NCBI GenBank assembly: GCA_902767355.1
Contig: CACXHG010000145.1
Coordinates: 1 to 41,279 of the forward strand
DNA from: an uncultured Bacteroidia bacterium
GTDB lineage: Bacteria; Bacteroidota; Bacteroidia; Bacteroidales; UBA932
Reading direction: 5' to 3'
Length of the DNA stretch: 41,279 bases
The notes under the pieces were generated by a model that saw only the letters and a list, made by a program, of their open reading frames with translations, made no database searches and had not been told where the DNA came from. Numbering within the stretch: position 1 is the first letter of the stretch; each line of letters begins with the position of its first letter. The position numbers and the translations under genes were made by a program. This document shows positions 26,350 through 33,031 of the stretch, in pieces.

Positions 26350-27088
26350 GGATGAGGCTCATATTGCAGCCGCGATGAAAGCGCTGCTGAAGAAGTTGCG
26401 GCCGGAGGCAGAAATAGTGGGTGTGACCACCAACATAAGCGACTCGCGCCGGATGATAGAATCGCACCCGGACCTGGATATAATCTTCTCCGACATAAGG
26501 ATAGACGACGGCCTGTCTTTCACGATATTCGAGAGCGTTAAGACTGAGGCGATGATTGTCTTTACCACCGCCTATAACGAATATGCGCTCAAGGCATTTG
26601 ACTTTCATTGCGTGGATTACCTCCTAAAGCCCGTCACAGAAAAGACGCTGGAGGTGACACTTCTCAAATGCGAATCCCGCACCGCCAGAATAGATAACGC
26701 TGTCATTAGGGCCATCACAGAAGAAATCCTCAGCCGCAGCGTCCGCTACCGCCAGCGTATCCTGCTTCATGTCGGCCGAGAAACCAGCATCTGGCCTGTG
26801 TCCAGAATAAGCTATATAACGACGGAAAAAGGCGTGACAAGTGCCTTTTTGGACAACGGTCAGGCCGGGATAGTAAACTACTCCATCACAGATTTGGCCG
26901 AGAGCTTGCCACCTGAGACATTCCTGCGCATCAACCGCCAGGCCATAGTGAACATAGGCAGCATTGCAAAGCTATCACGTGGCGATAGTCGCGAAAACAC
27001 CCTTACACTTGCAGAGCCTTACTCTGGCATAACATTCCCCATCAGCCAGGAAAAGAAGAAGCAGCTGCAGGAATTGCTGGACAGGTAA
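26330..27088 (+). CDS. LytR/AlgR-family response regulator (REC + LytTR DNA-binding domain)
   Basis: 252 aa; REC domain (MKVLIIEDE...IIFSDIRIDDG) and LytTR domain (ISYITTEKGVTSAFLDNGQ...FLRINRQAIVNIGSI). Overlaps the kinase gene by 20 nt. Confidence 0.92.
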   Translation: MKVLIIEDEAHIAAAMKALLKKLRPEAEIVGVTTNISDSRRMIESHPDLDIIFSDIRIDDGLSFTIFESVKTEAMIVFTTAYNEYALKAFDFHCVDYLLKPVTEKTLEVTLLKCESRTARIDNAVIRAITEEILSRSVRYRQRILLHVGRETSIWPVSRISYITTEKGVTSAFLDNGQAGIVNYSITDLAESLPPETFLRINRQAIVNIGSIAKLSRGDSRENTLTLAEPYSGITFPISQEKKKQLQELLDR

Positions 27089-27103
27089 TGCAGGTATGCA
27101 ATG

Positions 27104-27141
27104 CAAAAAAAGCGGAGCCGCCACGCTAGGTCAGCTCCGCT
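27104..27141 (-). terminator. rho-independent terminator of P3 (inverted copy of the P1 terminator)
   Basis: Stem AGCGGAGC (27111-27118) pairs with GCTCCGCT (27134-27141). The plus-strand A run at 27104-27110 is a T run on the minus strand. It differs from the 22742-22778 copy only at 2 loop positions. Confidence 0.75.
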
Positions 27142-27162
27142 GTATAAACTTTTTGTTGCTTA

Positions 27163-27834
27163 TTATTCCACACTCTTTATGAATTCGCGGCCGAAAGCGT
27201 CGGTGATACGGACTTCTACCGGCGGGAAAGGGGTCGTATTATTCCTCTGATATGCAAATTTTTTATACTCAGGATATTCTTTCTTAGGGTGATTATCTTC
27301 TGATCTTTTGAATAGACATATGCTAAACCCACCAACAGTAGTACTACTCCAACTGTATGGGTAGTAATCTGTGAGCATTGCTGTGCCATAAGTCAGATCT
27401 TCCAATGGTCTTAATATGTATGAATGCTTATACTCGTACCAGACCTGACATAAATCGTTAATAGAAGAACCTGCCTTATGTGCATCATCGTAATCATCAA
27501 GTGTAATTATATCAACATCACACAGTCGCCAATCTACAGCGCACCAGCATGACCGGGACATCGTGGCGGAAGTTAAAGCGGGTCTTTTCCCCGAATAAGT
27601 CAAGTTAGTATCGATAGCTTTATAGAATCGTCGGCTGTCGGAGTCATATTCTTCATTGTAATCAGCGAGATTGCCGTTGATATTAATCCTATCGTCCCCA
27701 ATATCTATGCTTATATCCTCAACCCTATATATACGCGAATACGGTTCACCAACTACGGCCTCTGTTGTCTTTACACATGATTGAAGAAATAAAACGAACA
27801 TGGCCAATGTTATCATTGAAAGAACTCTATTCAT
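27163..27834 (-). CDS. small lipoprotein P3, unknown function (paralog of 22049-22720)
   Basis: 223 aa; lipobox (LFLQSC). Shares blocks with P1: YRVEDI, AVDWR, ITL-D-D-AH-AGSS, DLC--WYEYKHS, MLTDY, VEVRITD-FGREFIK-VE. Confidence 0.85.
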   Translation of the reverse strand: MNRVLSMITLAMFVLFLQSCVKTTEAVVGEPYSRIYRVEDISIDIGDDRININGNLADYNEEYDSDSRRFYKAIDTNLTYSGKRPALTSATMSRSCWCAVDWRLCDVDIITLDDYDDAHKAGSSINDLCQVWYEYKHSYILRPLEDLTYGTAMLTDYYPYSWSSTTVGGFSICLFKRSEDNHPKKEYPEYKKFAYQRNNTTPFPPVEVRITDAFGREFIKSVE

Positions 27835-28041
27835 ATTTCTGCCTCCTTAAAAAACTATATTCAGAATGAAATTCGGCCGCAAACATATATACAAAAAAAC
27901 CGGAGAAAAAGCGAAAAACCGCGAACCCGACATTTTTCGCTCTGAAGGCGACATTTTTCGGGTTGAACGGGGGGTGGGTGGTTCGGGGATGACTGTGTTG
28001 CGGGCCGGGGAAGAGACTCCGGGAACGGGCGCAACAGTTCG
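27835..28041 (-). repeat. promoter module copy C (upstream of lipoprotein P3, inverted orientation)
   Basis: Its reverse complement aligns with 21840-22048, apart from an ~18-bp variable patch and a few substitutions. Inverted repeat arms at 27996-28002 and 28030-28036; -7 box at 27887-27880 (minus). Confidence 0.9.
27928..27960 (-). promoter_or_regulatory. paired direct repeats CGAAAAATGTCG-N9-CGAAAAATGTCG (candidate LytTR box)
   Basis: Exact 12-mers on the minus strand at 27960-27949 and 27939-27928. The proximal repeat ends 40 bp upstream of the -7 box. Confidence 0.6.
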
Positions 28042-28343
28042 CCAAAGTGGCGTCAAGGCGATGTGCCCCAGAGGAATCTCAGAGGGGGATTGGCTTGGCG
28101 CCATAGGCCAAAATCGGGCTCTGGCGACAAGCGGATCACGGCCGTAGGCCCTTCTGGCGCAGGTGGGTTTGACGCCACCTTGGCAGATCTGGGAGCCGGT
28201 GAGCGTTTCGCGGCTCCACGCTCACGGGAGGCGACGGCGAGGCACGCCGGTGAGTAAACCGCGGCCATACGCTCACCGGGGGCGAGTGTGGGTGCAGCGA
28301 GCCACGGCCGGCCAAACGATGCCGGTGGGAGCGCCCCCCTGCC

Positions 28344-29015
28344 CTAGCCCAGCAGCGGGCGGGCCAGGTCGAGGTCTTCGGGGGTGGTGATCTTGAGGTT
28401 GTAGCGCAGGCCGTCCACCAGGTTGATGCGGTAGCCGGCGGCTTCAACCACGGAGGCGTCGTCGGTGTAGGCGGGGTCGTAGGGCAGACGGTAGGCGGCC
28501 TTGAGCACTTCGCTACGAAAGATCTGCGGGGTCTGGACCAGGCGGATGTCGTCGCGGCGCAGCACATAGCTCTCCGGGCCGCTGACCTCGCGCACGGTCT
28601 CTACAGGAGCTACTGCCGGCACGGCATTGCCCAACTCTTCGCCGGCGGCGAACATCCTCTCCAGAAATTCGGCAGTGACCAGCGGCCGCACGCCGTCGTG
28701 CACCGCCACCACGGTCTCGTCGGGCAGATACTGAAGCGCATTGGCCACTGAGTGAAAGCGCGTTATGCCGCCGGATGGAATGGCATAGCGCTCCAGAAAA
28801 CCCGTCTCGGAGCAGTATTTTTTCCAATAATCTTTCCACTCAGGGCTCACCACGACGATGATGCCCACCGGAAAGGACAGCGACAGAAACTTCTCTATCG
28901 TGTGCTGCAGCAAGGGTTTTCCGCCCAGCTTGATGAACTGCTTGGGGATGTCGGCGCCCATACGGGTCCCGCTGCCACCGGCAACGATGATTGCATATTT
29001 TTTCCGCCCTGCCAT
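28344..29015 (-). CDS. ispD: 2-C-methyl-D-erythritol 4-phosphate cytidylyltransferase
   Basis: 223 aa; AIIVAGGSGTRMGADIPKQF... and VAVHDGVRPLV, typical IspD blocks. Confidence 0.93.
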   Translation of the reverse strand: MAGRKKYAIIVAGGSGTRMGADIPKQFIKLGGKPLLQHTIEKFLSLSFPVGIIVVVSPEWKDYWKKYCSETGFLERYAIPSGGITRFHSVANALQYLPDETVVAVHDGVRPLVTAEFLERMFAAGEELGNAVPAVAPVETVREVSGPESYVLRRDDIRLVQTPQIFRSEVLKAAYRLPYDPAYTDDASVVEAAGYRINLVDGLRYNLKITTPEDLDLARPLLG

Positions 29016-29097
29016 AAGAAGAGTTTTTTTGTACTACAAAAGTAAATTATTTCCCACAATTTGACTAAATTTGTGGGCTATTATACGGTGTTCTCAA

Positions 29098-30624
29098 ATG
29101 GATAAAATCAAGAAAATAGAAAGTGCTCTGATATCAGTCTTTTACAAGGACGGTATCGACGAAATAGCCGCTGCCCTGAGCGCGCGCGGCACCAAACTGA
29201 TTTCTACCGGCGGCACCTGGGACTACCTCACCGGCAAGGGATTCGATGTGGCCAAGGTCGAGGACCTGACCGGATATCCCTCTATCCTGGGCGGCCGCGT
29301 CAAGACCCTGCACCCCAAGGTATTCGGCGGCATCCTGGCCCGCCGCGACAATGCCACCGACCGCGAGCAGATGGCTCAGTATGAGATCCCGGCAGTGGAC
29401 CTGGTCATCGTGGACCTCTACCCCTTCGACGAATATGTGGCTAAGGGCGCTAGCCATCAGGAGATTATCGAGAAGATAGACATCGGCGGCATTTCGCTCA
29501 TCCGCGCCGCCGCCAAGAACTATAAGGACGTGGTGATCGTACCCTGCAAGGATCTCTACGGCAAGCTTCTGGAGTGCATCCAGGCCCACGACGGCGGCAC
29601 CACCGAGGCCGAGCGCCTGGGCTTTGCAAAATGGGCTTTTGCCGTGAGCAGCAACTACGACACTTCCATTTTCAACTACCTCAACCGCGACGGCGAGGTC
29701 AAAGCCTTCTCTTTCAACAGCCTGGAGCCGACACACCTGCGCTACGGCGAGAATCCTCACCAGGAAGCGGCCTTCTACGGCAAGGCCGGCGCCCTGCCCC
29801 GCCAGCTGCACGGCAAGGAGATCTCCTACAACAATATGCTGGACATAGAGGCGGCCATAGAGCTCATAGACGACTTTGACTCCACCGCCCTGGCCATCAT
29901 CAAGCACAACAACGCCTGCGGCTGCGCGGTGCGTCCCACCGTGCTCGAGGCCTGGAAGGACGCCCTTGCCGGCGACCCGGTGAGTGCCTTCGGCGGCATC
30001 ATCATCACCAACGCCGCCATAGACGCCGCTACCGCAGAAGAAATCAACAAGATATTCTTCGAGGTTATCATCGCGCCCGAATACAGCGCCGAAGCCCTTG
30101 AGATTCTCGAGAGTAAGAAGAACCGCATCATCCTGGAGCGCGGCGGCGTGAAACCCAGCGCCATCAAGTTCCGCTCCATGCTGGGCGGCGCCCTGGTGCA
30201 GCAGCGCGACACGGTGGCCGAGACCGCGGCCGACCTGACTCCGGTGACAGACAAAAAGCCCACCGAGGCCCAGGTAAAGGACCTGCTGTTCGCCAACCGG
30301 CTGGTGAAACATTCCAAATCCAACGCCATCGTGCTGGCAAAGGACAATATGCTTCTGGCCAGCGGAATAGGCCAGACATCCCGCGTGGATGCCTTACGGC
30401 AGGCCATCGCCAAGGCCCGCAGTTTCGGCTTTGACCTGAGCGGTGCAGTGATGGCTTCGGACGCCTTCTTCCCCTTCCCCGACTGCGTGGAGATTGCCCA
30501 CGAGGCGGGCATCACCGCAGTGATTCACCCCGGCGGCAGCATCCGCGACGGCGAGAGCGTGGATTTCTGCAACGGCCACGGCATGGCCATGGTGACCACC
30601 GGCAAGCGCCACTTTAAACATTAG
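29098..30624 (+). CDS. purH: bifunctional AICAR transformylase / IMP cyclohydrolase
   Basis: I prefer the start MDKIKKIESALISVFYKDG (ATG 29098). MGS-like domain (GRVKTLHPKVFGGILARR) and AICARFT domain (KHNNACG, IHPGGSIRD). Confidence 0.95.
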   Translation: MDKIKKIESALISVFYKDGIDEIAAALSARGTKLISTGGTWDYLTGKGFDVAKVEDLTGYPSILGGRVKTLHPKVFGGILARRDNATDREQMAQYEIPAVDLVIVDLYPFDEYVAKGASHQEIIEKIDIGGISLIRAAAKNYKDVVIVPCKDLYGKLLECIQAHDGGTTEAERLGFAKWAFAVSSNYDTSIFNYLNRDGEVKAFSFNSLEPTHLRYGENPHQEAAFYGKAGALPRQLHGKEISYNNMLDIEAAIELIDDFDSTALAIIKHNNACGCAVRPTVLEAWKDALAGDPVSAFGGIIITNAAIDAATAEEINKIFFEVIIAPEYSAEALEILESKKNRIILERGGVKPSAIKFRSMLGGALVQQRDTVAETAADLTPVTDKKPTEAQVKDLLFANRLVKHSKSNAIVLAKDNMLLASGIGQTSRVDALRQAIAKARSFGFDLSGAVMASDAFFPFPDCVEIAHEAGITAVIHPGGSIRDGESVDFCNGHGMAMVTTGKRHFKH

Positions 30625-30647
30625 AAAACAAATCAATACTCAAGAAT

Positions 30648-31667
30648 ATGGCATTTTCTATCCTGACACAAGAGTTGGCCATCGACCTCGGTACTGCCAA
30701 CACCGTCATTTTCATGAATGACAAGAAGGTCATCGACGAACCTTCTATTGTTGCCATCGATGCTTATACCGACAAGCCCCTGGCGGTCGGTACGCGCGCC
30801 AAACTGATGCACGAGCGCACCAACCCGGGCATCAAGACCATCCGTCCCCTCAAAGACGGCGTGATTGCAGATTTCGACGCTGCGGAGATTATGATCCGGG
30901 AGCTGATAAAGATGATTAACTATAAGAAGTCGTTCCTCACCCCCAGCCTCAAGATGGTCGTGGGCATCCCCCAGGGCTCTACAGAGGTAGAGAAGAGGGC
31001 CGTGCGCGACAGCTGCGAGCACGCCGGCGGCCGCGACATCTATATGGTATATGAGCCTATGGCCGCAGCCCTTGGCATCGGTCTGGACGTGACCGAGCCC
31101 AGCGGCAACATGATTGTCGATATCGGAGGCGGTACCACCGAGATCGCCATCATCTCCCTTGGCGGCATCGTGGCAGCCGAGAGCATACGCGTGGCAGGCG
31201 ACATCTTTACCTATGAGATCCAGCAGTACATGCGCCAGCAGCACAATATCCGCGTGGGCGAAATCACCGCCGAGGACATCAAGATCAAGATCGGCGCCGC
31301 CATCACCGACCTGGAAGAGGAGATCCCGCCGATGGTGGTCAAGGGTCCGAACATCATGACCGCTCACCCCATCGAGGCCGAAATCACTTCTCAGGAAGTT
31401 GCGCACTGCCTGGACAAGCAGCTGGCACGCATCGAGGCCGGCATCCTGGAGGTTCTGGAGCAGACTCCGCCCGAGCTCTACTCCGACATTGTGGACAAGG
31501 GTATCTACCTGACCGGCGGCGGCGCCCTGCTCAAGGGCATCGACCAGCGTTTCGCCAAGAAGATCAACATCCCCTTCCACGTGTCTGAAGACCCGCTGAG
31601 GGCTGTCGCCCGCGGAACCTGCGCCGCCCTGAAGAATATAGAGAAGTATCCCTTCCTGATGAGATAG
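30648..31667 (+). CDS. mreB: rod shape-determining protein MreB
   Basis: 339 aa; actin-fold motifs (LAIDLGTANTVIF, MIVDIGGGTTEIAIISLGGIV, GIYLTGGGALLKG). Confidence 0.96.
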   Translation: MAFSILTQELAIDLGTANTVIFMNDKKVIDEPSIVAIDAYTDKPLAVGTRAKLMHERTNPGIKTIRPLKDGVIADFDAAEIMIRELIKMINYKKSFLTPSLKMVVGIPQGSTEVEKRAVRDSCEHAGGRDIYMVYEPMAAALGIGLDVTEPSGNMIVDIGGGTTEIAIISLGGIVAAESIRVAGDIFTYEIQQYMRQQHNIRVGEITAEDIKIKIGAAITDLEEEIPPMVVKGPNIMTAHPIEAEITSQEVAHCLDKQLARIEAGILEVLEQTPPELYSDIVDKGIYLTGGGALLKGIDQRFAKKINIPFHVSEDPLRAVARGTCAALKNIEKYPFLMR

Positions 31668-31683
31668 AGCACTTTAAGCCCTG

Positions 31684-32508
31684 ATGGACTACCGCTCCGG
31701 CTCATACAAGGTGCTTATCACCGTCGGCGTATTCATCGCCCTGGAAGTCATATCCATAATCATGATCGTGCAGAACAGCGTTTTGCAGCGGTACATGATT
31801 ATGGGCGGCATCCGTACATCCCAGGTGTTCATCTGGGAGCGGAGCGAGGGTCTGCGCGAGTTTTTCCGGCTGCGCTCCTACAACCAGGCGCTGCAGGAAG
31901 AGAATGCGCAGTTGCGCTCCAAGCTGGCCCAGATGCAGTATCTGGAAGAATTCAAGGAGGTTACAGACACCACCATGGGCCTGTACCGCTGGATTCCGGC
32001 CAGCATCATCAAGAATATCCCCAACAAGCAGCACAACTACCTCATCCTGAACCGGGGCGCCAAGGACGGGGTGGAGCCCGAGATGGGCGTGGTCACGCAC
32101 AAGGCCATAGTGGGCGTCGTGGGCGCCGTGAGCGAGAATTACTGCTATGTGATATCGTTCCACAACAAGAGCCAGAAGGCCAGCGCCATGATTTCCGGCA
32201 CCAACGACTTCGGACTGCTGACCTGGGACGGGACCGACGGCCACACCGCCACCCTGTCGCACGTGCCGCTCTCCACGACGGGAGCCGTGGGCGACACCAT
32301 CTGCACCAGCGGCTACTCCACGATTTATCCGCCCGACATTCCCGTCGGCATAGTGACCGACGTGGACGCCGTGAGCGGCATGTACAAGGATATGAAGGTG
32401 GATATGTTCCAGGATGTGCGCAGCCTCAAGTATGTTTACATCGTGCAGCGCCACCATCAGGCCGAGATAGATCAATTGTCAAAAACCAAGGTTACCAACA
32501 GAGAGTAG
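31684..32508 (+). CDS. mreC: rod shape-determining protein MreC
   Basis: 274 aa; single N-terminal TM helix, coiled coil (LQEENAQLRSKLAQMQ), C-terminal beta domain (TSGYSTIYPPDIPVGIV). Follows mreB. Confidence 0.9.
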   Translation: MDYRSGSYKVLITVGVFIALEVISIIMIVQNSVLQRYMIMGGIRTSQVFIWERSEGLREFFRLRSYNQALQEENAQLRSKLAQMQYLEEFKEVTDTTMGLYRWIPASIIKNIPNKQHNYLILNRGAKDGVEPEMGVVTHKAIVGVVGAVSENYCYVISFHNKSQKASAMISGTNDFGLLTWDGTDGHTATLSHVPLSTTGAVGDTICTSGYSTIYPPDIPVGIVTDVDAVSGMYKDMKVDMFQDVRSLKYVYIVQRHHQAEIDQLSKTKVTNRE

Positions 32509-32509
32509 A

Positions 32510-33019
32510 ATGCCGGGATATCTGCGACAGATAATCATTTATGCGGTGGTGATCCTGCTTCAGGTCATCCTGAACAACTATGTCAATCTGGGTCCGATGA
32601 TATACATCTGCCTGGTGCCGCTGCTGATTGTATATCTGCCGCTGGACCAGAAGCCCTATGTCTCGCTCATCATAGCCTTCGGGCTGGGCCTGCTGATAGA
32701 CATACTCGCCGACGGGGTACTGGGGCTCAACGCCGGCGCGGCGACCCTCGTGGCACTGGTGTACCGCCCCATCTTCTATCCCGTATTCCAGAAGAACAAC
32801 TACAGCAAGAAATACATCCCGCCCATCCGCGAGAGCAACATCTGGCACCACGTGCTTTACATGACCATTATCCTGGCCATATACTTCCTGTTCTACATCG
32901 CGTTCGACGGGCTGGCCGTCTCCACCCTGCTGTCTTCGCTGCTGCGCTACCTGCTCAACATTGCCGTAAACCTGGCGCTGGTAATCATTGTTGACCTCAC
33001 TCTCTTCAACAAGAGTTAA
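32510..33019 (+). CDS. mreD: rod shape-determining protein MreD
   Basis: 169 aa polytopic membrane protein between mreC and mrdA. The call is mainly positional. Confidence 0.8.
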   Translation: MPGYLRQIIIYAVVILLQVILNNYVNLGPMIYICLVPLLIVYLPLDQKPYVSLIIAFGLGLLIDILADGVLGLNAGAATLVALVYRPIFYPVFQKNNYSKKYIPPIRESNIWHHVLYMTIILAIYFLFYIAFDGLAVSTLLSSLLRYLLNIAVNLALVIIVDLTLFNKS

Positions 33020-33031
33020 CACCCGGCGCTT

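Noticed and set aside
21923-27960. Whether the regularly spaced identical 12-mers could be a CRISPR array or part of an invertible (phase-variable) promoter.
   Set aside because: Each site has only two repeats, with a 9-bp spacer, so this is not an array, and no cas genes are present. As for an invertible promoter, the module inverted-repeat arms are only 7 bp and do not flank the -7 box. No recombinase or invertase gene is in the window.
21840-28041. Whether the ~0.95-kb inverted arms define a composite transposon or integrative element.
   Set aside because: There is no transposase or integrase, and I could see no target-site duplication. The arms are functional gene cassettes (promoter, lipoprotein CDS, terminator), not IS-like ends.
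27827-28147. ORFs inside the repeated modules that share peptides such as SPSERKMSGSRFFAFS or MTVLRAGEETPGT (24107-24550, 24165-24356, 27827-28045, 27847-28104, 27866-28147). They include a short antisense ORF, M(T/I)VLR(A/V)GEETPGT, present in all three copies.
   Set aside because: The shared peptides simply reflect near-identical non-coding DNA. The frames diverge or terminate differently as soon as the conserved module ends. They overlap the -7 boxes and the direct repeats, and conservation shows no codon-position pattern. A tiny conserved antisense peptide cannot be fully excluded without ribosome profiling.
28053-28567. ORFs of 64-143 aa in the GC-rich spacer and antisense to the ispD 3-prime end (28053-28268, 28063-28257, 28136-28567, 28163-28390).
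   Set aside because: Their products are Arg/Pro/Ala/Gly-rich and look like GC-driven artefacts. They have no start context or motifs. The region is better explained by hairpin repeats.
29016-29097. A possible ZTP (pfl) riboswitch upstream of purH, and a possible glycine riboswitch upstream of gcvP (36319-36333).
   Set aside because: The purH leader is only ~20-25 nt downstream of the likely -7 box, and the 82-bp region lacks the conserved ZTP core sequences. The rodA-gcvP gap is 15 bp, too short for any riboswitch.
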